Origin: an uncultured Nitrospiraceae bacterium
GTDB lineage: Bacteria > Nitrospirota > Nitrospiria > Nitrospirales > Nitrospiraceae
NCBI GenBank assembly: GCA_963730935.1
Contig: CAVSTP010000004.1
Coordinates: forward strand, 1,056,001 to 1,120,000
DNA length: 64,000 bases
Direction: 5' to 3'
The notes beneath the pieces are model-generated. The model did not search any database. It had not been told where the DNA came from and saw only the letters and a list, made by a program, of their open reading frames with translations. This document shows positions 8,847 to 18,292 of this stretch, piece by piece. The stretch's first letter is position 1, and each line of letters starts with the position of its first letter. Made by a program: the position numbers and the translations under genes.

Positions 8847-11800
8847 GGAACCGCCGGAGTAGCTTCCGCAGGAGGAATGGAGTCCTTCGACACCGTCTTG
8901 TTATCGTCCGGCGTCACCAAGTCAATCGGGAGCATGACCGTGTTCTTCAGCAAATCGACCGCCAACTGGGCGAGGCCGCTGACGCCGGTGGCAAAGGACT
9001 TCATCGGCAGGTAGGTGACTTCGGGATCTTCGATGGCCCCCTTGACCGCAAACATCGCCGTCGCAACCCCCTTGCGTTCGCCCGCGAACAGACGCCCAAA
9101 CAACGGGATCGTCTTCAAAAACTGCGAGTACGATCCGAAAGGACTCACGGCCCAGACCATATCCACCTGATCGGTGGGGAGATCGTAGTTGCCCGCCGCG
9201 GTGATTTTTACGATCGGGCTGTCGATGATGAGATTCTCGGTTTCAAACAGGCCATTGCGGATCGTGACGGTCGCCGTGATCCTGTTATAGGGCAGTCCTT
9301 CCTTCTCCAGATCCACCTTGCCTTGCAGCACGGCCGGCAGGTTCAAGATGCTAATGATCTTCCAGATGGCTCGTTCCTCTGACTTGAAGATCCGGCCGTT
9401 CTCAAGCAGAAGATCGGTCTTGCCGTTGAGGGTCGGATAAATGCCATGGGGGTTGCGTCCGTGCCCGCGCACGGTTCCGGTCACACGAGCTTCGCCGGTG
9501 ACGCCTCCTTGTTTCGAGCCGGCCAACCGGTAGATGTCCTCAACCAGCAGCCCGGTCGCACGCAACGAAATTTCAGCGTCGGCGGGCTCTCCGCGCGGCA
9601 ACTGGACGACCATTCGGCCAGCGATGTCTCCGTTGGTGGACTGTCCCGACAACCGGTCCAGATCGAGGACGCCGTCCTGGATGGTCAGTCGCGCGGAAAG
9701 GGCGCCGAACTTCAGATGCTTGTAACGGCCTCGCGCGATGGAAGCAGTCGCCTGGACCTTACTGGTCGCCGCCAGCCATTCGAGCAGATCCCGGATGGGC
9801 GCACGCTGCCCTTTGGGAATCAGGAGATCAATGTCCATCTGGTTGGACTCCATTTTCGCCGTGATGGCGGGTTTGGTCGTCCAATTACGCATGGTCCCTT
9901 CGAGCGTGAGGTCACTATCCATGAGGCGGAACGAGAGACGCTTGAGCTCGGCCGTGTCGCGCGCCAATAGCAACCGTACGTACAGATCCTGAATTGGTCC
10001 GTCGGTCCCCTTCACCGTCATTAATCCGTTGTTCAGCGCCAGCCAGCCGGTGGTTTTCCACGTCCGCCAATCTCGATCTTTTCCCTTGATGTCCAGCGAG
10101 AGTTCAAGATTGCCTGCTTCAAAGCCCCCTTTGGCAATCCACTCCGGGACCGTCGACAACGAGACCGTGCCGGTGGCAAACGCGGCGTCGATGAGGAACT
10201 TATCGCCGAGTTGGATTTTCCCTTTGATGGGCAAGCGGAGCGGCGGCACAGAGAGTTCCACCCGGCTCAACGTGACCGTCTTGGGCTGAAGAATATCGCC
10301 TTCGAACGCGATCGTCACCGGGGCGCCGGTCGGTTTCTCAAGGACATTGGGAATGGTGACCCTGGATTCCGTCAATCCGACTTCCCCGCGCAAATGCGGC
10401 TTGCCGGTGGCGCCTGTGACCACGACGATGGCGCTGGCCAATCCTTCTATCGCTCCGTCAGGCAGAGCTTTGGTCGGCAAGAGCTGCGTCATATGCACGG
10501 CGTCTCCGCTGACGCGAACCGCCAGGTCACGGAAGACGCTCCCGCTGCCGCCGGTGATGCCGCCTTGCACCTGGACGGTCAGATCGCCGAGATGCGCCGT
10601 CACCTGATCGAACTGGGTCTCCCCTTCGGCCAAGACAAAGCGGCCTTGCAGCGCCGTCAATCGCTCGGGCAAAAACGCACTCGTCAGGTTGACGTGCTGC
10701 GCCTTAATTTCGCCGCCGGCGAAGGTCACCGCGGTCGGCGGGCCGACCAGGCGAAAGACCGGCATGGCCATGCCTTCGACGTCTCGCGAGGAGGCCAGCA
10801 CGCGGGACAACAGCTCGGACTTGACCGTCGTGGCAAGAAACTGCAAGAGATCGGCCGCCGCCATCGTGCCGCTGATTTCCATCTCCACCCAGGGCCCTTG
10901 CTCGAGAAATGAGAGCTGGCCCTTGCTGTCCATCATGTGAATCGTCCCGTACAGCCCGCTCAGCTTGGACATGCGAATTCTTCCCGCTTCCACAATGATC
11001 TGCGCGTCCAAATCCTTCGCGGGCACGCGGCTTTGGCCGAGCAGGGCCTCTCCCTTTTGCAAGTGGAACTCTCCCGTAACCGCCAGTTGGGGACCACCTA
11101 CGGAGGAGCCGGTCACGGTGGCTGATATCACTTCGACGACGCCCTTGATCCGGCGTTCTTCCATGATTGAGGGGAGCTGCGGATGGATCCAAACCGGTGG
11201 AATCTTTGAGACTAAGTCGTCGATCTGGATCGGAGAAGCCGAAAACGTCACGGCAAAGGTCGGCTGAGGCGCGAGCAGACCGGAAAGGCTGGCCTTGCCG
11301 GTCACGACAAGTTGGTCCATGTTGCCGGTCAGATCCGAGAGCAGCACGTCGTACCCGGCGACGCCGGGAAAGATCTTGACGGAGCTGCGGGCGTTCACAC
11401 GCCCCTGCAATGAGTCCGGGACCGGCCGCGGACCGAAGAAATCTGCTGCCTCGCGGAGACTCAAATTGGCCGTCTCCACCAGCCCATCAAATTGAATCGG
11501 AAACACAAGTCGCTTGGCCACCTCGTTGGCCAGCGTCTGCTGCTCGGCTTTCCGAATGGTGCCCGATAAGGACAGCGCGGAAAGTCCCTGGGCGCTGTGG
11601 TGCGACGCGGAAAAATGCAAATCCGCCTGCCCACGCTCGAGAAAAATCTCCAACGCGGCTTCAACGGACTGCAATTTCAGCGTCCGCGGACCGTCCGGCC
11701 GGGCTTCATCGATGATGACGACCGTGCCGTTCACCAGGGTCGCCTCTCGAATGCGGAAGATTCGAGTCAGCATCTGCAGCGCTTCCTCGTCGCTCGCTGG

Positions 11801-12220
11801 ATTGGGCCCGTCTCGCTCCAGCAGGTTCCAATGCCCTGAACGATTCCGGCGCAGCGTCAGCATCGGCTCTTCAATGCGGAGTCGTTTTCCGACCACCTGT
11901 TTCCGCAATAACGGCACAAGGCGCAGCACGAGATCCAGTTTCTTCGCCGACAGCAGCACCCCTTCCTGGTCGCGGTCATGGATGACGATCTGCGTCATCT
12001 CTAGGCGGATCGTGGGAAACAGCACGAGCTTGACGCGATGGACATCGATCTTGTGGCCAAGGTTCTGCTCGAGCTGGTGAAGAAAAAAGTCTTTGAGATA
12101 GTCTTCACCGGTCAGGTACGGAGAAAACCACAGGAAGGCGACACCGCCGATCACCAGCAGCGCAATAAGGGTGACGACCACTCGTGTTAGGGACACCTCA
12201 ACATCTCCGCTGTGAGCCAC
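8843..12220 (-). CDS. AsmA-like (AsmA/YhdP clan) envelope protein
   Basis: About 1100 aa, single N-terminal TM helix, beta-rich body, AsmA-type N-terminus (LTLRRNRSGHWN) and C-terminal region. Start may be GTG 12196. Confidence 0.82.
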   Translation of the reverse strand: MAHSGDVEVSLTRVVVTLIALLVIGGVAFLWFSPYLTGEDYLKDFFLHQLEQNLGHKIDVHRVKLVLFPTIRLEMTQIVIHDRDQEGVLLSAKKLDLVLRLVPLLRKQVVGKRLRIEEPMLTLRRNRSGHWNLLERDGPNPASDEEALQMLTRIFRIREATLVNGTVVIIDEARPDGPRTLKLQSVEAALEIFLERGQADLHFSASHHSAQGLSALSLSGTIRKAEQQTLANEVAKRLVFPIQFDGLVETANLSLREAADFFGPRPVPDSLQGRVNARSSVKIFPGVAGYDVLLSDLTGNMDQLVVTGKASLSGLLAPQPTFAVTFSASPIQIDDLVSKIPPVWIHPQLPSIMEERRIKGVVEVISATVTGSSVGGPQLAVTGEFHLQKGEALLGQSRVPAKDLDAQIIVEAGRIRMSKLSGLYGTIHMMDSKGQLSFLEQGPWVEMEISGTMAAADLLQFLATTVKSELLSRVLASSRDVEGMAMPVFRLVGPPTAVTFAGGEIKAQHVNLTSAFLPERLTALQGRFVLAEGETQFDQVTAHLGDLTVQVQGGITGGSGSVFRDLAVRVSGDAVHMTQLLPTKALPDGAIEGLASAIVVVTGATGKPHLRGEVGLTESRVTIPNVLEKPTGAPVTIAFEGDILQPKTVTLSRVELSVPPLRLPIKGKIQLGDKFLIDAAFATGTVSLSTVPEWIAKGGFEAGNLELSLDIKGKDRDWRTWKTTGWLALNNGLMTVKGTDGPIQDLYVRLLLARDTAELKRLSFRLMDSDLTLEGTMRNWTTKPAITAKMESNQMDIDLLIPKGQRAPIRDLLEWLAATSKVQATASIARGRYKHLKFGALSARLTIQDGVLDLDRLSGQSTNGDIAGRMVVQLPRGEPADAEISLRATGLLVEDIYRLAGSKQGGVTGEARVTGTVRGHGRNPHGIYPTLNGKTDLLLENGRIFKSEERAIWKIISILNLPAVLQGKVDLEKEGLPYNRITATVTIRNGLFETENLIIDSPIVKITAAGNYDLPTDQVDMVWAVSPFGSYSQFLKTIPLFGRLFAGERKGVATAMFAVKGAIEDPEVTYLPMKSFATGVSGLAQLAVDLLKNTVMLPIDLVTPDDNKTVSKDSIPPAEATPAVP

Positions 12221-12475
12221 CGACAGGCATCGCCTGTTGACAATATTCGGACCGCATCGGGACGAACGCCTGAGGGAACGCGTCCCGCATGAGAGGTGAA
12301 TCGGTGAGCAGATTGTTTAACAGCCCGAACCTCATCTTACCGAATCAGTCTCGTGAAAGCTAGAAAGCCCGCGAACCGACAGGTGATTTTGACGTTTGTA
12401 CTTTCGAATTCTCCTGGTGAGCACGCCGAAGACCCGCTATAATCGCCGCGGCTTCTCTGTATCTGCACTCTCATC

Positions 12476-13756
12476 GTGACTAAGTCGGACCGTACGCGTT
12501 CACTCCACTGGCTGATCCTCGCCCTGCTGTTCGGCACGAGCGTCGTCACCTACATCGATCGAGTGAACATTTCCGTCACCGCGCGTCAGATGATGCCGGC
12601 CTTTGGCCTGACGCAGCAGCAGATGGGCTGGGTCTTCTCCGCCTTCGTCACAGGCTACGCCTTGTTTCAAATTCCCGGAGGATGGCTTGCGGACCGCTTG
12701 GGCGCCAGAGTCGTGCTCACGGGTGCCTTGATCTGGTGGTCGGTGTGTACGGCCCTGACGGCGTTTGTCGCGGCCTCGCCATTGGCCGAAATGATCGGTA
12801 TCGTTGGCGCACTGGTGCTCGTACGATTCGCCTTGGGGCTGGGCGAAGCGGTGGCGCTGCCCTCGTTCAATCGGGCCGTCGCCAATTGGATGCCGCCGAA
12901 CTCCCGTGGCCTAGGCATCGGCATCGCGATCGGCGGAATCGGCTTGGGTTCGGCACTGACGCCGCCCATTGCGGCATGGGTCATGGTGAATTGGGGATGG
13001 CAAACCGTATTTTACCTCTCGGCGGCACTGGGCCTGGTGATGGGGCTGCTGTGGTGGATGCTCGCCCGCGACCGGCCCGATCAGCACCCCTGGGCGTGTG
13101 AGTCCGCTGCTCTCACATACGACAGTGAACAGTCCGACCGCGGGCGGTCCAAGCGTTTCTGGATGTCGCTCCTCAAAAACCCGAATATCTGGTGGTTAGT
13201 ATGTAGCTATAGTTGCCTGGGTTATGTCGCTTACGTGTACCTCTCCTGGTTCTATCTGTACCTCGTGAACGTCAGAGGGTTCGACGAACTCCGGGGCGGA
13301 CTCTATGCTTCGGCCCCCTTCTGGGCCATCTTGATCGGCTGCCCTTTGGGCGGCTGGGCCACAGACCGGTGGGCCGCTACGCAAGGTGTGACTCGCGGAC
13401 GGCTCCTGGCAGGGATGTCGGGAATGGCAGGCGCAGGCTGTGCTATTGCAGCTGGAGCGTTTGCCGACTCCTCACTCGTGGCGATTGCAAGTCTATCGGT
13501 GGGGGCCGGTTGTCTGTACTTCGCCGTTGGAGCCTATTGGGCTTCTACCAGCGATTTGTCCAAAACCCATGCCGGCGTCTTATCTGGGCTGATGAATACG
13601 GGAGCCAATCTTGGTGGAGCCCTTTCTCCGAGCCTGACTCCTTGGATGGCCGCCCAATGGGGTTGGCCGATCGCGCTCGCCGTCGCCGGGGCGGTTGCCC
13701 TTGTCGGCGCGCTCCTCTGGCTTAAGATTGATCCCGCAAAAGCGTTGGACGGTTAA
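12476..13756 (+). CDS. MFS transporter (anion:cation symporter/sugar-acid-like)
   Basis: YIDRVNIS, GWLADRLGAR (motif A), about 12 hydrophobic segments. Confidence 0.9.
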   Translation: MTKSDRTRSLHWLILALLFGTSVVTYIDRVNISVTARQMMPAFGLTQQQMGWVFSAFVTGYALFQIPGGWLADRLGARVVLTGALIWWSVCTALTAFVAASPLAEMIGIVGALVLVRFALGLGEAVALPSFNRAVANWMPPNSRGLGIGIAIGGIGLGSALTPPIAAWVMVNWGWQTVFYLSAALGLVMGLLWWMLARDRPDQHPWACESAALTYDSEQSDRGRSKRFWMSLLKNPNIWWLVCSYSCLGYVAYVYLSWFYLYLVNVRGFDELRGGLYASAPFWAILIGCPLGGWATDRWAATQGVTRGRLLAGMSGMAGAGCAIAAGAFADSSLVAIASLSVGAGCLYFAVGAYWASTSDLSKTHAGVLSGLMNTGANLGGALSPSLTPWMAAQWGWPIALAVAGAVALVGALLWLKIDPAKALDG

Positions 13757-13802
13757 TTCACGGCCATTGCCTCCCGGCGCACGCCCTTGGTAGATTCGTC
13801 CG

Positions 13803-14324
13803 ATGACGATGGAATTCAAAAAAATCGATCCCCGCGTGACGATTACGACGAAGTTCGGCGAGATCAAGATTCGCTTTTACCCTGAGGACGCGCCGCGTCA
13901 CATTGAAAACTTCATCAACCTCATTAAGATGCAGTTTTACGATGGCACGACCTTTCACCGCATCGTCCCGGGGTTCATCATTCAGGGCGGCGATCCGCTG
14001 AGCAAAGAACCGGATCGGCTCAGGCACGGCTCGGGAGGTCCCGGCTACTGGCTGAATCCTGAACTAAGCGATCGCCCGCACAAGCGCGGGGCCATCTCGA
14101 TGGCGAAAACACCACGCGATGGCTCGAGCACGCGTGATTTCAACGACAATGGCTCGCAGTTCTTCATTTGTCTGGCGGACAACAGCGGGCTGGATCGAAG
14201 GTACAGCGTGTTCGGAGAAGTCTTCCGGGGGATGGAGGTGGTCGACAAGATCGCCTCGGTTGCCCGCGACGAGTACAACAATCCTCTCGAACCGATCCCG
14301 ATAACAATCACCGTCAAAGAGTAG
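13803..14324 (+). CDS. Cyclophilin-type peptidyl-prolyl isomerase
   Basis: FYDGTTFHRIVPGFIIQGGDP, HKRGAISMA, GSQFFI, YSVFGEV. Confidence 0.95.
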   Translation: MTMEFKKIDPRVTITTKFGEIKIRFYPEDAPRHIENFINLIKMQFYDGTTFHRIVPGFIIQGGDPLSKEPDRLRHGSGGPGYWLNPELSDRPHKRGAISMAKTPRDGSSTRDFNDNGSQFFICLADNSGLDRRYSVFGEVFRGMEVVDKIASVARDEYNNPLEPIPITITVKE

Positions 14325-14350
14325 GGCAAAATCCCACCCACTTTTCCACC

Positions 14351-14473
14351 AGGCTGCTCAAACAGGTCATCCAACGAGGCCGCAGGGAGATTGGACAACG
14401 AGGCGTACGTTGTTCAGTACGTTGAGTTGGACAAACGACCGAGAACGAAGTTGGGGACCTGTTTCAGCAGCCT
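14351..14473. mobile_element. MITE-like element, copy A (123 bp)
   Basis: Terminal inverted repeats AGGCTGCTCAAACAGGTC / GACCTGTTTCAGCAGCCT match at 17 of 18 positions. Internal aggccgcag and gagaacgaag motifs are shared with copies B and C. Lies between convergent genes. Confidence 0.75.
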
Positions 14474-14476
14474 AAG

Positions 14477-15718
14477 CTAGAAAAATGACATCGAGGCGTA
14501 GGTCACCGTGGAGTTGTACTGATCGGTGATGCCCCGGTCATAACGCAGCACCTGCCCCTTTTCGGCCTGGATCAGCCGAAGCAGGCAATAGATGGGCGAG
14601 AAGCCGGAAATGCGCCTCTGGTCCTTTTCTTTTTGGATGTAGCCCATAAACTCTTCCGGTTTGAGATCCTCCACGTACTTCAGCATTTCAAGGTCGTACT
14701 GCATGGTCCGGTGAAAGGAAAAATCAGTCGGCGGCGCTTTATCTCCGTAGCGCATGCCCAGGTGGGCCAACTCTCCGGCCGCAATCACGCAGGCGGTTTT
14801 GCCCGATGCCGAGATCGCCTCACGCAAGGCCGCCAAGAACCGGTCGACCGACGCCCGCACGGACGGATCATTCAGGCTCATCGCGGAAAACGATGAAAGG
14901 ACCGGCACGATCGTAGCTGCGCTCGCTGCCCCCGTATTGGTTTGCACAAACGGCAGCTGAAACTCGATCGCGTGCTCGGACAGATGGGCCAAATCTTCTG
15001 AAAAATATTCCGGCACGAGCGCCTTGAGCCGGTCTACGACGGCACGGTCCGCCGGCACGACACCCAGCGGCGTCTCAAAATCCTTGTCCGTTAATGCAAA
15101 GGGCTGCTCAAGTCCGGCATGGGCCGTGCCGATGATGATGAGCACATCCGGTTGTTGAGCTTCCTGCAACTCCTTATACGCCCAGGCATAGATCGGCCCC
15201 GCCTGCTTGAGATCGTAGGTCGGGGCCACCAACCCTTTGATCGGCCTACCCTTATTGGCCGACGGCTTGAAATCCGGCCCTTCCTTCGACGAAAAAAATC
15301 CATCGATCTGCTTTTTGAGCTGAGCGCTGTCCGCTTCGTAGCCCTTGCCGGCAAAGACGGCAGGACGCACGGGGGCCTGCCGGTAGACGGCACGGGCCTG
15401 TTGCTTGGCCTCTTCGGTGAGATCGCCCTCGAGGAACAGTTTGGCTTCAAGGTCCAGGACCAATTGCTCCACTTTGGCCGGCAGCAGAAATTCGCCGAAG
15501 CGCTTGAGATAAAGCGCCCCAATCTGTTGGAGCGAATGGTCGCCGTCGAAATGTTGGATGATAAAAAAATAGTTGAGCGGGAGGACGAGCTTCTCCTTGC
15601 TCAGACCGCTGGGATCCCAGAGGACCACGTACTGCTCCTCGCCCTCCTTGACGGGGGAAAACTGGAGATTCCTCAAGACAGGGTACTGTTTGGGATCTTT
15701 GGCCGTGCCTGTACTCAT
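14477..15718 (-). CDS. MEMO1 / AmmeMemoRadiSam protein B-like, with N-terminal extension
   Basis: VRPAVFAG, YAWAY, IGTAH, FETPLG, EHAIEFQLPF, LAHLG, VTYAS; about 110-aa extra N-terminal domain. Confidence 0.8.
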   Translation of the reverse strand: MSTGTAKDPKQYPVLRNLQFSPVKEGEEQYVVLWDPSGLSKEKLVLPLNYFFIIQHFDGDHSLQQIGALYLKRFGEFLLPAKVEQLVLDLEAKLFLEGDLTEEAKQQARAVYRQAPVRPAVFAGKGYEADSAQLKKQIDGFFSSKEGPDFKPSANKGRPIKGLVAPTYDLKQAGPIYAWAYKELQEAQQPDVLIIIGTAHAGLEQPFALTDKDFETPLGVVPADRAVVDRLKALVPEYFSEDLAHLSEHAIEFQLPFVQTNTGAASAATIVPVLSSFSAMSLNDPSVRASVDRFLAALREAISASGKTACVIAAGELAHLGMRYGDKAPPTDFSFHRTMQYDLEMLKYVEDLKPEEFMGYIQKEKDQRRISGFSPIYCLLRLIQAEKGQVLRYDRGITDQYNSTVTYASMSFF

Positions 15719-15742
15719 GGCGCTGGTCGAAGCAAAGACGGC

Positions 15743-15772
15743 ATTCTAACGAACCGGTTTCCTACCCTGCAA
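15743..15772 (-). promoter_or_regulatory. Possible sigma70 promoter of the MEMO1-like gene
   Basis: Minus strand TTGCAG-18 nt-TAGAAT, 25 nt above the ATG. Confidence 0.35.
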
Positions 15773-15813
15773 CTGTCCAGGTGCGTGTGTGATTGGATCA
15801 CATGCGGGGTAGG

Positions 15814-16563
15814 CTATTCCGGCTGTGACGGGGCGCTCGACGACCTTCGTCCCAAGAGAATCAGCGCTACGACGGTCAGAATGAGCAGCCACCAGGTCGG
15901 ATGGCCGTAGGAGGCATCGGAGAACTCGATAAGGTCCGTCAATCGGCCGATCAAGAGCGACATGCGGGCCATGACGGTGTATCCGAAGGCTGCGCCGAAG
16001 GCGATCATCAGAAAGACGATGCCGGTCCTGGCCACCACTTTACCTGGACCGCTGTGCTCGATCGAGAAGAAGAAATAGAACAGGACGGAACTGACGCCGA
16101 TCAGGATAATAATGGCGTTGAGATTGCTCGCCGGATTGAGCAGGTTCATCGAAAAGGTCAGGCCGTCGCCGCCGCCCATGGAGAGCAGCGGCCTGACGGT
16201 ATCTTCGATCTGCTTCAGGATGAACGATGAAATGGTTCGTGGAATGGCCAGGCCGGATCCGAGGCCGACGATGAACGCGAAGGCGTACCGCGACATCCAA
16301 GCCGCTTTCGGCACGTAGCGCGTCAGCATCAGCAAGCCGATGGCCACCGGAATCAGCAGCGAGATTTCCCCCTGCTCGGCGATCGGCTTAAAGATTAAAT
16401 GCACGATCACGGAATCCCACGTCTTGACAATCGTGTACCCGACCGACACCCCCACATAGAGATGCTCGGCCAGTTTGAACAGCGGATTATCTTTGTACAA
16501 GAAGGAGAAGATAAATAACGTTAACCCTGTCGCCATCCACGCGCCTAGAGTAGTTGCATCCAT
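15814..16563 (-). CDS. Polytopic membrane protein of unknown function (unknown operon, gene 7)
   Basis: 249 aa, about 7-8 hydrophobic segments, motif LYKDNPLFKLAEHLYVGVSVGY. Confidence 0.85.
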   Translation of the reverse strand: MDATTLGAWMATGLTLFIFSFLYKDNPLFKLAEHLYVGVSVGYTIVKTWDSVIVHLIFKPIAEQGEISLLIPVAIGLLMLTRYVPKAAWMSRYAFAFIVGLGSGLAIPRTISSFILKQIEDTVRPLLSMGGGDGLTFSMNLLNPASNLNAIIILIGVSSVLFYFFFSIEHSGPGKVVARTGIVFLMIAFGAAFGYTVMARMSLLIGRLTDLIEFSDASYGHPTWWLLILTVVALILLGRRSSSAPSQPE

Positions 16564-16578
16564 CTCACAGTCCCCGCT

Positions 16579-17415
16579 TCACGATTGTCTCTGGCCTTGC
16601 TGGTGCCGAAGCGAAAAGTAGAATAGATTGCAGATCGCGACGAGGACGATGATGGCAAAATGGGTCGCTGACTGCGCATCCATGCCGGCCACCGCACGGC
16701 CCTTTTGTCCAATCAGGCTCTCATATTCCGCTGCGCCGCGTAACCCGCCGATCAAACCGTTGATCTGCCCACTCCGTAGCAGCGGGTAGAGGCCCGGCGC
16801 GATCACGCCTGTGCAGCCACCGCCCAGCTCGAACTTGTATTTATCCTTGCCGAAGACGTACCAGGCCTCAATGCCGGGATTGCCGGCTCCGAGGCTGATC
16901 GCATATGCGACATCCTTCAGACTCTGGACACCCTCCAACACCGGAATACCCTTCGTTGCCTTCCCGCCATAATCGCTTGGAAACGCCGTGTACAAATCCT
17001 GACCCATGTTGATGATGACGGCCGTGCCTCCGGGACTCCAGCCGAGAAACACATAGTCCTTTCCATTCTCTTTGCCCATCTCTTGGGCGACCTGAGTCAA
17101 CAGCTGATCGGCCATGCCGGTGCCCGATACCCACAGCGTCATCGCAACAACCCGAAGATTTTTCCTGAACGCATGACGCAACAAGGCGATGGCCTGGGGA
17201 TGCAATTCCGGCTTGGATGCGGGATCAAAATCGATGGACAGCAGAAACACCGAGCGCTCGGGCAACGCCTCCATATAATCGTAAATGCTGCGCACCTCCG
17301 GTGAAATCTTGATCGCCAGCCCGACGGGATACAACAGCGGCAGCAGCGTACAGAGGCCGATCACCAGGAAGATGATCCGCCGGTCGATTTTTAACATGCG
17401 TTCGGAGAACGTCAT
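16579..17415 (-). CDS. Membrane-anchored alpha/beta protein of unknown function (gene 6)
   Basis: 278 aa; TM helices at both ends flank a Gly-rich soluble domain ending GLRGAAEYE; GAGG RBS upstream. Confidence 0.85.
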   Translation of the reverse strand: MTFSERMLKIDRRIIFLVIGLCTLLPLLYPVGLAIKISPEVRSIYDYMEALPERSVFLLSIDFDPASKPELHPQAIALLRHAFRKNLRVVAMTLWVSGTGMADQLLTQVAQEMGKENGKDYVFLGWSPGGTAVIINMGQDLYTAFPSDYGGKATKGIPVLEGVQSLKDVAYAISLGAGNPGIEAWYVFGKDKYKFELGGGCTGVIAPGLYPLLRSGQINGLIGGLRGAAEYESLIGQKGRAVAGMDAQSATHFAIIVLVAICNLFYFSLRHQQGQRQS

Positions 17416-17419
17416 GTCA

Positions 17420-17633
17420 GTCCTCTTTCCGCTTCCTGCCGTCCATGCATTGCGGGTGGCGCCGCGCGGGGGGACGGTTTACCCATCCACCCCGCCGCAC
17501 TTCTTCCACCCACCCAACCCACCAATTGCTTCGCAATTGATTCCTCGTGACGCGGCTTGCACCAAGCGCGCGCAGCGGGGGTCCCTACACCGGGCGGGGG
17601 GGCGAGCACGACTGGACTGCCCGGAGACAGGAC
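17420..17633. repeat. Composite intergenic repeat, MITE-like
   Basis: Imperfect terminal inverted repeats gtcctctttccg / cggagacaggac. Contains copy 2 of the GCGAAGC hairpin module at 17511-17554. Confidence 0.55.
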
Positions 17634-17641
17634 CGCAAGTT

Positions 17642-18292
17642 TCACTCTTTTCCTCCGCCCAGATAGGAGCGTTCGACGCCGAAAATAATTTTGAACGAGA
17701 GCGCGATGGTGCCCAGGCTGACGCCGATGAGAATGGCCCGGCGGACGGAGGCGTTGAGCACGTTGAGAATCCATTGGGAGACATCGCCGCTCAACGGAAG
17801 CAGATACTCACCGAGCGGTACGCGGCCCATCATGACGATCACCGCTGCCACCAGCAGCACAGCGGCCTCGCGGCTTCTTGCCCGGAACGAGCGGTAGGCC
17901 GCAGAGGCAATGAAGAATGCCAGGATGGCGAACATCGTGCCCTGCAAAGGCACCATCATGAAGCTATAGACCCAACCGAACCCCGTCATGGTGCCGTCGA
18001 GACTCTCTTTAAAATTCCCCACGACGCCGGCGATGACCGTCACGAGCATGCCGCCATACAGCACGAGGCTGTACCCCCATCCGGCTTCCTGCCGGCGAAT
18101 CTTGACGGCGTGCTGATGGAATAAACTCGAAACGCCGAGCACCAGGGCAAAGCCGCCGATGATTTGCAGCCACTTCGTGGCCGAGGTCAGCAGAAGTTCG
18201 GACGAGGGATGAGGGACATAGTATTGCCCGGCAAACAGAAGCCCGGTGATCATCGTGATCAGCAGCGGCAGCCGGCGGCGGAGAAAGATCAT
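17642..18292 (-). CDS. Polytopic membrane protein of unknown function (gene 5)
   Basis: 216 aa, about 6 hydrophobic segments, motif TMFAILAFFIASAAYRSFRARS; ATGA overlap with the upstream gene. Confidence 0.85.
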   Translation of the reverse strand: MIFLRRRLPLLITMITGLLFAGQYYVPHPSSELLLTSATKWLQIIGGFALVLGVSSLFHQHAVKIRRQEAGWGYSLVLYGGMLVTVIAGVVGNFKESLDGTMTGFGWVYSFMMVPLQGTMFAILAFFIASAAYRSFRARSREAAVLLVAAVIVMMGRVPLGEYLLPLSGDVSQWILNVLNASVRRAILIGVSLGTIALSFKIIFGVERSYLGGGKE

